In this document: positions 11,042 to 20,251 of the stretch, in pieces
Layout of the letters: each line of letters starts with the position of its first letter
Numbering within the stretch: the first letter of the stretch is position 1
Origin: Bdellovibrionota bacterium
GTDB lineage: Bacteria > Bdellovibrionota_C > UBA2361 > CAKMMH01
NCBI GenBank assembly: GCA_050952645.1
Contig: JBMNLI010000005.1
Coordinates: 1 to 55,774 of the forward strand
Direction: 5' to 3'
DNA: 55,774 nt
Program-made: the position numbers and the translations under genes
The notes under the pieces: generated by a model
What the model was told of the DNA's origin: nothing
The model's database searches: none
Seen by the model: only the letters and a program-made list of their open reading frames with translations

Positions 11042-11325
11042 AAATAATTTTTAAAATAATTATTAAAATAATCGTTTAAATACGCTTAAAGCTAATTTCT
11101 TCAATTCTTTTATCCTAAAATTACCCTAAATTTTTCTAATCAAAATCGCTAATAGCGTTTCGTTTTATAAAAATCACTTAAAAAAGATCGTTTAAAAAAA
11201 TAAAAAAAATATATTGTTAAAAAATGATCCGACTGTTATAACTATAATCAGTTGCTTTAGTTAAAGTAATTGTGTTTTATTATTTTAGATATTAGATAAA
11301 AACTTTTTTTAAGTTAAGGAAATTT

Positions 11326-12126
11326 TTGAATATGGTTAAAAGAGATAAATCAAATTATATCATTCAATCGGTTTCTCATGCATTAGATGTTTTAGATGCG
11401 TTAACGGAAGCTGGCAAAGAGCTTGGAGTTACGGAGCTTGCATCGAAACTAGGGCTTCAAAAAAATAATATTTTTAGAATTTTAGCAACGCTAGAACTTA
11501 GTGGCTATGTAGAGCAAAATCCTGATACTGAGTGTTATGCGTTAGGAGTTAAAGCTTTAGAGCTTGGGCAATCTTATCTAGCACAAAGTGATATAATTTT
11601 GCGTTCGCTCCCATATATTAAAAAGCTTTCTGAAGAAATTGGGGAAACCGTTAGCTTAGCAGTGCTAAGAGATAGACGCATTCAATACCCAGTAAGCATA
11701 GCTTCTAATAAGAATGTAAAAATCGCTTCAAGATATGGAGTGTCTTTCGATGCTAAAGATATTGCCGCTGGGCATTTATTACTATCTTCATTATCTGATA
11801 ATATACTAGATGAGATGTTTGCAAATGAAGATAAATTTAAGAAAGAAATTACAGATTTAAGAACTTCTGATAGTAATATAGATGATTGCAAAATGGAAGA
11901 TGAGGTAGTTACGATTACGAAATTAGTTTCAAATCATAGGGGGGTAGTCGGTGCTATAGAAGTTTTAGTTCCTAAGTATCGTGCAAATGTAGAAAACTTA
12001 ATGCCGATAGTAAATCAATGTGCTAGCGATTTATCAAAAGCATTAGGAGTTCAAGCAGCATTTAAACCTAAGTTGAAAGCTAGCATTGAAAAAGAACACA
12101 CTACATCAGATATTCGTTCTTTTTAG
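11326..12126 (+). CDS. IclR-family transcriptional regulator
   Basis: QSVSHALDVL, N-terminal HTH GVTELA..LGL.K..(I)FRIL.TL...GYVEQ, Y.LG, ETV.LAV. Confidence 0.9.
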   Translation: MNMVKRDKSNYIIQSVSHALDVLDALTEAGKELGVTELASKLGLQKNNIFRILATLELSGYVEQNPDTECYALGVKALELGQSYLAQSDIILRSLPYIKKLSEEIGETVSLAVLRDRRIQYPVSIASNKNVKIASRYGVSFDAKDIAAGHLLLSSLSDNILDEMFANEDKFKKEITDLRTSDSNIDDCKMEDEVVTITKLVSNHRGVVGAIEVLVPKYRANVENLMPIVNQCASDLSKALGVQAAFKPKLKASIEKEHTTSDIRSF

Positions 12127-12200
12127 CTTAAGATTTTAAATTTAACTTTTAAAGTTTATTTTTAAAGTTTGTTTTTTAAGTTGATAAAAAAAGAAAATAT

Positions 12201-12232
12201 AAAAAAGGAGAACTTTGCGGTTCTCCTTTTTT
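12201..12232 (+). terminator. intrinsic (bidirectional) terminator
   Basis: AAAAAAGGAGAAC-tttgcg-GTTCTCCTTTTTT perfect stem downstream of IclR. Confidence 0.85.
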
Positions 12233-12423
12233 AGTTTTTAAGTTTTAGTTTCTAAGTTTTAATTTTTGGGTTTTCTGTTTAGATTTTAAATATAAGCTTT
12301 AGCTAAAAAAGCCTTATATTATTGCTTTTATTATTGCTTGTATTGTTGCCTTGTATTAGTAGTTTTATATATTAGCCTTTGCTATATTAACCGCTTCTTT
12401 TTTACGTTTTAATAAGCTATACT

Positions 12424-13926
12424 TTGAGAATGAATAAAACAATAAATAAAACAAGTTTCGCTAGTAGTTTAATAGTTTTTATATCTTTAATTTTAGCTTT
12501 ATTAGTGGCTATAATTGCAATTTTAGTTTCAAATTTTTATAATAAAAAACAGAGTAAGAGTTTTGATACGGTTCTTTTTATAACTATCGACACTTTAAGA
12601 AAAGATCACGTAAGTGCTTACGGCTATCCTTATAAAATTACGCCCTTTATAGATAAATTAGCTGAAAATGGAACTCAATTTAATAACGCCTATACGGTAT
12701 CTTCTCACACGGCGCCATCGCACACCTCTATGTTTACTGGGCTTTATCCTTTTAGGCATAAAGTGTTAAGAAATTACGATGCGCTTTCAAATGATATTTA
12801 CAATATAAACAAGCATTTTTTGAAAAACGGCTTTAAGACTGTAGGTTTTCCTGCAACGACTTTTTTAGAGGGTAAGGTCTCTTTTAAAGATGAAAGAGAA
12901 AAATATAACGATATAGTTAAGGCCGTAGGCAGGGTGGGTTGGTTTTTATCTGCTAAGCAAAACATCGCTAGAGCTAGGGCTTGGTTTGAAAATGAAGTAG
13001 AAAGTAGTGATAAAGTTTTTATGTGGCTTCACCTTTACGATGCTCATCAGTGGCAAAAAATAGGAAGATTAGATAAAAAGTATATAGATTTTGCAAATAA
13101 TTTAAAGAAAGACGAGACGTATTTTAAATTTTTAACTGAAAATCATAATATTCCTATTTCGTTTTATAATTCTAAAGATGAGATGCTTACTAAAATCTCT
13201 ACTTACGATGCAAAGATAAAAATGATCGACGATGAGCTTTTAAGTTTTTTTAATTTTTTAAATGAGAAAAGAGGGAAAGGGAATATTTTAATAGTTTTAA
13301 TTTCAGATCATGGAGAGGGGCTAGGAAACCATTACTACGATAGCCATGGGAAATATCTATATAATGAGCAATTAGAGATCCCTTTAATTTTTTGGTCTAA
13401 TAATGGCACTATTCCTAAAAAGAGAGAAAATGCGTTAATAAGTAGCATCGATGTTTTCGCTACGGTTGCAGATTTAGTTAATATTCCATTAAGTAAGGAA
13501 GAGTTTTTAAATCAAAATGGCAAATCGTATAAAGATATAGTTTTAAGAAGTGGCAAAAGTAGTTATAATAGTAGTTATAATAGTAGTTATAAAAGCAATT
13601 ATAACGAAAAAAGAGATTATGTGATTTCAGAGAGACGCCCTAAGGACGATGCGGCGCTTAGAAAAAGTTGGATAAGTGGGAATGTTTTTTCCGTATTAGA
13701 TGGTAAGTATAAGTATATATACAATGAAAAAGCTAAAGATGAGTTTTATGATTTACAAAAAGATGCTTTTGAGTTGGAAAATAAAATTGATGATGAGAAA
13801 AACTTAGTAAAGTTGTATGATAAAAAATTAAGTTATGAAGTACGTAAGTTTGAAACGCATAAGCTTGAAAATCAAGGATTAACTAAAAAAGAGATAAATG
13901 AGCTAAAAGCGTTAGGGTATTTGTAA
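12424..13926 (+). CDS. membrane-anchored sulfatase-like alkaline-phosphatase-superfamily protein
   Basis: N-terminal TM helix; IDTLR.DH, T.PSH.SMFTG, HLYD.H, SDHGE, E...IPLI. Confidence 0.85.
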   Translation: MRMNKTINKTSFASSLIVFISLILALLVAIIAILVSNFYNKKQSKSFDTVLFITIDTLRKDHVSAYGYPYKITPFIDKLAENGTQFNNAYTVSSHTAPSHTSMFTGLYPFRHKVLRNYDALSNDIYNINKHFLKNGFKTVGFPATTFLEGKVSFKDEREKYNDIVKAVGRVGWFLSAKQNIARARAWFENEVESSDKVFMWLHLYDAHQWQKIGRLDKKYIDFANNLKKDETYFKFLTENHNIPISFYNSKDEMLTKISTYDAKIKMIDDELLSFFNFLNEKRGKGNILIVLISDHGEGLGNHYYDSHGKYLYNEQLEIPLIFWSNNGTIPKKRENALISSIDVFATVADLVNIPLSKEEFLNQNGKSYKDIVLRSGKSSYNSSYNSSYKSNYNEKRDYVISERRPKDDAALRKSWISGNVFSVLDGKYKYIYNEKAKDEFYDLQKDAFELENKIDDEKNLVKLYDKKLSYEVRKFETHKLENQGLTKKEINELKALGYL

Positions 13927-13966
13927 TCTTTTTTTAAAAGAAGATCTATTTTGGAAAGAATTTTTT

Positions 13967-16216
13967 ATGAAAAATAATAAAGTTAATAATAAAGTTAATA
14001 ATATTAGTAATAAAAAAAATATTAGAGATAATATTAATGATAGTAATAAAGATAATAATATAGATGATTTTAATAATTCCTTTAATAATTCCTTTAATAA
14101 TTCCTTTAATAATTCCTTTAATAATTCAAGGAGAAATTTTTTAAAGCTTTCTGCTTTAGGGGTGTGTGCTTTAGGAGCTAGTAGTATTCCATTTAGCAAG
14201 GCTTTTGCAAAAGGTAGTAGTAGCAAAGATGGTAAGGATAATAAAAATAACAAAGAAAACATAGATAGCAAAAACATAGATAACGAAAACGAGAATAAAA
14301 ATAAACTAGATAGAACTACAAAAGATGGTATAAAAAAACAAAAAGTAATTATTTTAGGCATTGATGGCATGGATCCTAATTTGCTTACTAAGTTTGTGCA
14401 TGAGGGCATAATGCCTAATTTTAAAAAGTATATTGAGAATAATTTTTTTAGTCCTTTAGGGACTACTACGCCTCCTCAAAGCCCGGTAGCTTGGGCATCT
14501 TTTATAACTGGAATGCATCCTGGAAAGCATGGTATTTTTGATTTTGTGCATCGTGATGCAAAGACTTTTTCGCCTTTCTTATCTACATCAAAGTCGACAG
14601 ATTCGGGAACTAATTTAAAGCTTGGAAATTGGAATATACCTTTAAAAAGTGGAAAGGTTGAGCTTTTAAGACGAGGGACTCCTTTTTGGAAGTATTTATA
14701 CGATGAGAATGTTTATTCTAAAATGTTTAAGGTGCCAGCAAATTTTCCAGTAGTAGATAAGGACACTGTTTCATTAAGTGGAATGGGAACTCCAGATTTA
14801 CTAGGGACTTATGGCACGTTTACGGTATTTGCGGAAAGCGAGCCTAAGCTAACTACTGAGCTTTCGGGTGGAAGAATAGTAAGGCTATCTTCTCCTACGT
14901 ATACGTATAAAACTAGGATTGAGGGGCCAGAGAACTCTTTTAAAGTCAAGAAAGAGAGTTCTTATATAGATTTTACGATAGACAAGGATGTTGAAAATAA
15001 AATTATTAGGATAAATCTTCAAGGGCAAGAGTTTATTTTAGAGGAAGGCGAATGGTCGCCTTGGGTGCAATTAAATTTTGAGCTTTTCCCTATAATAGGT
15101 TCAGTTAAAGGCATAGTGAAATTTTACGTTCAGAAAGTGCAGCCAGATTTGCAGATATATATGACGCCTATAAATGTAGACCCATTAGACCCAACGCTTC
15201 CTCTTTGTTATCCTAAGGAATATTCAAAGGAGCTTGCAGATAACGTAGGGCGTTTTTACACTCAAGGATTTCCTGAGGACACGAAAGCGTTATCTACGGG
15301 GATATTTAGTTATGATGAGTTTTTCACTCAAGGCAAAAAGGTATTAGAGGAAAATTTAGATTTATTTAATTATGAGCTTAGTAAGTTTAAGGATGGAGTG
15401 TTTTTCTTTTATTTTACTAGCATCGATCAAAACTCTCATATGCTTCTTCATTTAATGAATAAAAAGCATAAGCTATACAATGATAAGTTAAGTAAAGAGC
15501 TTAAAAATGCTATGAGATATTATTATGCTAAGATGGATAAAGTTTTAGAAAAAACTTTAACTAAAGTAGATGATGATACGACGCTTATTGTAATGTCTGA
15601 CCATGGTTTTGCTCCATTTTATAGGGAGTTTAATTTAAGCACTTGGCTAGTAGAAAACGGCTATACGGCAGTGAGTGATAAGAATAAGTATTATGAGAGT
15701 GAGTTTTATGATTATGTAGATTGGGATAAGACTAAGGCTTATGCTATGGGGATAAATAGTATTTATTTAAATTTAAAAGAAAGAGAGGTTAAGGGCAGTG
15801 TAAGCAAAAAAGATGCAAGGCGTATTAAAGCAAAATTGATAAAAGATTTAGAAAGTGTAGTAGACCCTAAAACTAGGCTTCATCCTATTACGAAAGCTTA
15901 TGATGCTACCGATTATTTTCATAGTGCATTTACCGATATCGCTCCAGATATTATAGTTGGCTATAATAGCGGGTATAGGATATCTGATGCTGCATGTTTA
16001 GGCCAATTCCCAAAAGACATATTCGCCGACAGAACTAATAAGTGGGCGGCAGACCACTGCATGGATCCTAGTCATGTTCCTGGGGTTTTTTTAACGAATA
16101 GAAAAGTCGTAAAAAAGAATCCTCATATTGTAGACTTAGCTCCATCTATTTTAAAAATTTATGGAATAGAAAAGCCTGAAAGTATGGATGGGGAAAATAT
16201 ATTTTCTCTAGTGTAG
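13967..16216 (+). CDS. Tat-exported nucleotide pyrophosphatase/phosphodiesterase-family protein
   Basis: Tat signal SRRNFLK...AFA; ILGIDG.D, PP.SPVAW.SF.TG..PG.HGIFDF, MSDHGF, DLAP. Confidence 0.85.
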   Translation: MKNNKVNNKVNNISNKKNIRDNINDSNKDNNIDDFNNSFNNSFNNSFNNSFNNSRRNFLKLSALGVCALGASSIPFSKAFAKGSSSKDGKDNKNNKENIDSKNIDNENENKNKLDRTTKDGIKKQKVIILGIDGMDPNLLTKFVHEGIMPNFKKYIENNFFSPLGTTTPPQSPVAWASFITGMHPGKHGIFDFVHRDAKTFSPFLSTSKSTDSGTNLKLGNWNIPLKSGKVELLRRGTPFWKYLYDENVYSKMFKVPANFPVVDKDTVSLSGMGTPDLLGTYGTFTVFAESEPKLTTELSGGRIVRLSSPTYTYKTRIEGPENSFKVKKESSYIDFTIDKDVENKIIRINLQGQEFILEEGEWSPWVQLNFELFPIIGSVKGIVKFYVQKVQPDLQIYMTPINVDPLDPTLPLCYPKEYSKELADNVGRFYTQGFPEDTKALSTGIFSYDEFFTQGKKVLEENLDLFNYELSKFKDGVFFFYFTSIDQNSHMLLHLMNKKHKLYNDKLSKELKNAMRYYYAKMDKVLEKTLTKVDDDTTLIVMSDHGFAPFYREFNLSTWLVENGYTAVSDKNKYYESEFYDYVDWDKTKAYAMGINSIYLNLKEREVKGSVSKKDARRIKAKLIKDLESVVDPKTRLHPITKAYDATDYFHSAFTDIAPDIIVGYNSGYRISDAACLGQFPKDIFADRTNKWAADHCMDPSHVPGVFLTNRKVVKKNPHIVDLAPSILKIYGIEKPESMDGENIFSLV
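14070..14127. repeat. 12-bp tandem array, about 5 copies (FNNS)
   Basis: TTTAATAATTCC repeated immediately before the Tat RR motif. Confidence 0.95.
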
Positions 16217-16339
16217 AAGAGAACTCTCTCTTGGAGTTTTTCTTGCTGATTTTTTTCGTAAAAAAAAATAATAATTTAATAAAAAACTACTAAATTTCTA
16301 GTAGTATATTTATTTTTTTAGGTATATCATGCTTACTTA

Positions 16340-17107
16340 ATGTTTAAGAAATTACTTTATAAAATTACATCCGTATTTGAGTTTATAGGACTTATACTAA
16401 TGTCCTTTTGGCGTTTTTTTACTGGCAAGGCTCAAGTTAGAAAAAAAGATTTCGTATTGGTATTTTACGAATCTGGCCCAGCATCGCTTGGAATAGTATG
16501 TTTAATAAGTTTACTAGTTGGGCTTATTTTAGCTTATATCGGTTCTATACAGCTACAGCAATTTGGTGCTACTATTTTTATAGCAGATTTAGTAGGCCTA
16601 GCGATGCTAAGAGAAATGGGTGCTATAATGACGGGTATTATAATGGCAGGACGAACTGGAGCTGCCTTTGCGGCGTCTATTGCTACTATGGAAGCTAATG
16701 AAGAGATAGACGCTTTACGCACTACTGGAATTTCTCCTATCGATTTTTTAGTGCTTCCTAGGGTGCTAGCTTTTATAGTATGTTTTCCTCTTTTATGTAT
16801 AGCCTCAGATTTAGTCGGGATTATAGGTGGTGCTTTAGTTGGAGTTCTTTCCTTTGATATTTCTTTAACACGTTATTGGGAGCAGACTATTTTAAGAGTG
16901 GATTTAGTAGATTTTTTTATAGGCTTAGTTAAGAGTGTTTTCTTTGGAATAATAGTTTCAGTGTCTGCTTGTTATTATGGAATAAATAGCGAGAGAACTG
17001 CTGAAGCCGTTGGAAAGGCTACGACATCTAGTGTAGTTACGTCGATAGTGCTTATCATTATTTGTGATGCGATTTTTGCCGTGTTAACTAGTATTATAGG
17101 AATTTAG
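16340..17107 (+). CDS. mlaE: MlaE-family ABC transporter permease
   Basis: REMGA.MTG...AGRTG.A.AA.IA.M...EEIDAL...G.SP..FLV.PR; VG.ATT..VV. Confidence 0.92.
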   Translation: MFKKLLYKITSVFEFIGLILMSFWRFFTGKAQVRKKDFVLVFYESGPASLGIVCLISLLVGLILAYIGSIQLQQFGATIFIADLVGLAMLREMGAIMTGIIMAGRTGAAFAASIATMEANEEIDALRTTGISPIDFLVLPRVLAFIVCFPLLCIASDLVGIIGGALVGVLSFDISLTRYWEQTILRVDLVDFFIGLVKSVFFGIIVSVSACYYGINSERTAEAVGKATTSSVVTSIVLIIICDAIFAVLTSIIGI

Positions 17108-17112
17108 AGTTT

Positions 17113-17859
17113 ATGAATAAAGTTTGTCTAAGTGTTAAAGATTTAACGATGAAATATGGTGATAAGCTTATTCAGAAAGACTTGACCTTTCCTATATATG
17201 AGGGTGATATCTTTGTAGTAATGGGAGGAAGTGGTTGTGGGAAAAGCACTCTTTTAAGACATTTTGTAGGGCTTAAAAGACCTTTTAGTGGAAAAGTTTT
17301 TATATATGATACGAGTATTTGGGATTTAGATGAAGAGAAAAGGCATGAAGTTTTCTCTTCGATTGGAGTAAGTTTTCAAAGTGGTGCTCTTTGGACGTCT
17401 ATGACATTAAAAGAAAATGTTTTATTGCCGTTAGAAGAGTATACAAAGTATAGTAAGGAAGAGTTGTCTAGAATTGCTGAAAATAAATTAGAGTTAGTAG
17501 GACTTAAAGGGTTTGAGGATTATTATCCTTTTGAGATAAGCGGAGGAATGAGAAAAAGGGCTGGCATTGCTAGGGCTATGGCGCTTAATCCTAAAATTTT
17601 ATTTTTAGATGAACCCTCTGCTGGGCTAGATCCGATTTCGTCTAAAAATTTAGATGATTTGATAATAAAGTTAAATAGGCAAGAGAATGTCACTGTAGTT
17701 ATTATTACGCATGAGCTAGATAGTATTTTTAGAATAGGAACGAATGCAGTCTTTTTAGATGCTGAAACTAAAACCATGATAGATTATGGGTCGCCTAAAA
17801 AGTTGCTAGAAAGTGGTTCTGCGAAAGTAAGAAAGTTTTTAAAAAGAGGAGAAGATTAG
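17113..17859 (+). CDS. mlaF: MlaF-family ABC transporter ATPase
   Basis: Walker A GGSGCGKST, ISGGMRKR, FLDEPSAGLDP, ITHEL. Confidence 0.92.
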   Translation: MNKVCLSVKDLTMKYGDKLIQKDLTFPIYEGDIFVVMGGSGCGKSTLLRHFVGLKRPFSGKVFIYDTSIWDLDEEKRHEVFSSIGVSFQSGALWTSMTLKENVLLPLEEYTKYSKEELSRIAENKLELVGLKGFEDYYPFEISGGMRKRAGIARAMALNPKILFLDEPSAGLDPISSKNLDDLIIKLNRQENVTVVIITHELDSIFRIGTNAVFLDAETKTMIDYGSPKKLLESGSAKVRKFLKRGED

Positions 17860-17862
17860 AAA

Positions 17863-18792
17863 ATGGAAACGAATAAAAAGGCGTTGCTTATAGGTATTTT
17901 TGCATTTGTTATGGTTGTATTGTTTATTCTTTCGATAGGAGTTTTAGGGTCGGGGGTTCTTTTTTCTAATAAGGTTAATTTTATAATGTATTTTGATGAA
18001 TCTGTAAAAGGCTTAAGGAAAGGAGGTAAGGTTGCTTTTAAAGGAGTTTCGGTAGGTGAAGTTTTAGAGGTAAATATTGTATTTGATAGTAGTTCTTTCG
18101 AGGCGATAAACCAAGTGATAGTGCAGATTGATAAGGATAGGTTAAAGACTGAAGATGATACTTTATTTAATTTCGGATTTAATATGAAAAAGATGACTAG
18201 GACGTTAATTAAAAAGGGCTTAAAAGCGCAACTTCAAATGGAAAGTATCGTTACGGGTGTTTTGATGATAAATTTAGATTTTGATACTAATGTGCCTATA
18301 AAATTAAGAGAAAAAAATGATAATATTTTAAATATTGTGGAAATCCCTACAAAGCCATCTGGGCTTACTCAGATAACCCAAACTTTAGATAAGATTCCTG
18401 TTGATGAGATGCTTTCAAAGTTTTCTAATATATTAAATAATATAGAAAAGCTAACAGAGACTAATTCGCTTTCGGAGGTTCTAAAAAATCTAGATGATAC
18501 GATTAAAAGTTTAAAACAAGCGTCTGATAATGCTAGCAAGGTATTAAAGAAAGTAGATAGTGAAATTTTACCGATTATGCAAAATGCTAGTAAGATGGTT
18601 GATAATGCTAACAAGACTTTTGAAGATTTAAGGGAGGTTGCGGAAAATTTAAATGATATTACTAAGGATGATTCAAAGTTAAAGTATCAGTTAGAAAAGA
18701 CTTTAGAGGCGACTGAGCGTGCGGCTAAGTCTATTGAAACTCTAACGGATTATTTAGCCCGTCATCCTAACTCGGTGTTGTATGGGAAATAG
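17863..18792 (+). CDS. MCE/MlaD-family protein with helical extension
   Basis: N-terminal TM; F.ESV.GL..G..V.FKGV.VG.V MCE motif; coiled coil; C-terminal L..HP.S...G. Confidence 0.9.
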   Translation: METNKKALLIGIFAFVMVVLFILSIGVLGSGVLFSNKVNFIMYFDESVKGLRKGGKVAFKGVSVGEVLEVNIVFDSSSFEAINQVIVQIDKDRLKTEDDTLFNFGFNMKKMTRTLIKKGLKAQLQMESIVTGVLMINLDFDTNVPIKLREKNDNILNIVEIPTKPSGLTQITQTLDKIPVDEMLSKFSNILNNIEKLTETNSLSEVLKNLDDTIKSLKQASDNASKVLKKVDSEILPIMQNASKMVDNANKTFEDLREVAENLNDITKDDSKLKYQLEKTLEATERAAKSIETLTDYLARHPNSVLYGK

Positions 18793-18858
18793 GAAATTAA
18801 ATAAGAAGTAAAAAGGTATATAAATAAAAAAAATATGTAAATAAAAAATGGAGTTAAT

Positions 18859-19602
18859 ATGAATAAATTTTTTAAATATGTGATATTTTGTCTTTTATTT
18901 TTATGTGGTTGTTTTTCTAAGACTACAAATTATTATATGTTAACTAATAATTTAGATGATAATAAGATTAACGATAATATTATTAGTGATAATATTATTA
19001 GCGATAATAAAGCTAATGATAATAAAATTAGTGATAATATTGTTAATGATAATAAAGGCGATAATAGTAAGAGTAAGGATGTTTCTAATGCTTTTTATTG
19101 TAAGCTTCCTAGAGATTTTTTTATAGAGATAGGACCAGTTCAAGTTTTAGATTATTTAAAAAGGGAGCAAATAATTATAAGGGAAGATAACAATAAGATA
19201 AAAATCTCTGATACTGATTTATGGATTACAGATTTAGAGAATCAAATAAGGAGTGTTTTAAAGTTAGGGTTAAAATCTTATATAACTTATGAAGATGGCG
19301 ATAAGGGCTTAGTTAAAAATTTAGATGTAGATATTTGTGAATATCCTTGTGTAGAAAAGGAAAAAGAAAAGTTAAGGGTAAGCTTAGTAGTTAATTCGTT
19401 TGAGTATGATGTTAAGAAGCGAGCTGTAATTTTTAATGCTAATTTTAAATTATATTTAAATAAGAATTTATTAGATGGTAAGACTGTAAAGTATAATTAC
19501 AAAACGCCTAATTCATCTTATAAAGATATAGTGTATAGTATGAGTGAAGTGTTAAGCTTGTTAGTTAAGGATATTGCTAAAGTAGTTTGCGAGTATAATT
19601 AG
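18859..19602 (+). CDS. PqiC / ABC_trans_aux-family lipoprotein
   Basis: Lipobox LCG-C, YY.L, IGPV...DYL.R.QI, W...L motif; follows the MCE gene. Confidence 0.85.
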   Translation: MNKFFKYVIFCLLFLCGCFSKTTNYYMLTNNLDDNKINDNIISDNIISDNKANDNKISDNIVNDNKGDNSKSKDVSNAFYCKLPRDFFIEIGPVQVLDYLKREQIIIREDNNKIKISDTDLWITDLENQIRSVLKLGLKSYITYEDGDKGLVKNLDVDICEYPCVEKEKEKLRVSLVVNSFEYDVKKRAVIFNANFKLYLNKNLLDGKTVKYNYKTPNSSYKDIVYSMSEVLSLLVKDIAKVVCEYN

Positions 19603-19741
19603 CAAGGTATAGTTTAACAAAGTATAATTTAACAAAGTATAATTTAATAAAGTATTTTAGCTTTGTTATAAGTGTTGTTATAAGCGTTGTTATAAGCTAA
19701 AATTTTTTGTATATTATTTTAAGGATTTTATATATAAAAAA

Positions 19742-19786
19742 AATGCGTCGATATTTTAGCGAATTACTAGCAAATATCGGCGCATT
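19742..19786 (-). terminator. long hairpin / terminator
   Basis: AATGCGTCGATATTT...AAATATCGGCGCATT with a T-run on the minus strand. Confidence 0.7.
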
Positions 19787-19803
19787 ATGTAGCTTCGCAA
19801 ATA

Positions 19804-20091
19804 CTAAGGGTCTAGTGCTTTAATAGGTTGAATCTTAGGCAGAGAGAGTTTACCGGAACTGTTTATTTCTTCATGAATAACCATTGATTGAATATTATAA
19901 TGATTAGTTTTGGGCAAAGGGATCGAGGTGAGACGGTCTTTTCTTCCCATTACATAGTCTCTATTCAATTCCCAAATGCCATTGTTGCCTTTTTCTTTAT
20001 TTACATCTGCTCCGCATAATTCTTGAATGTAACTTTCAAGATTTTTTGCAGGGTTAAAGTAAATAAAATATCTAAAAATCTTTAAAAAATA
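19804..20091 (-). pseudogene. 5'-truncated orphan gene remnant (95 open codons, no 5' start codon)
   Basis: Manual translation ...NPAKNLESYIQELCGADVNKEKGNNGIWELNRDYVMGRKDRLTSIPLPKTNHYNIQSMVIHEEINSSGKLSLPKIQPIKALDP*; visibly more GC than its flanks; ends just before the 19742 hairpin. Confidence 0.4.
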
Positions 20092-20251
20092 CTAATAAAA
20101 TCTTTAAAAAAAATCTTTAAAAAATCATTACGAAAGCTAGAAGCTTTAAATTTAGTTTATTTTCATTTTGCATTAAATCTAATATAATCTTGCTATATAT
20201 ACGAGTTTATTTGATTTTTTAATTTTAGATATTTGTTTAGGAATGTAGCTT

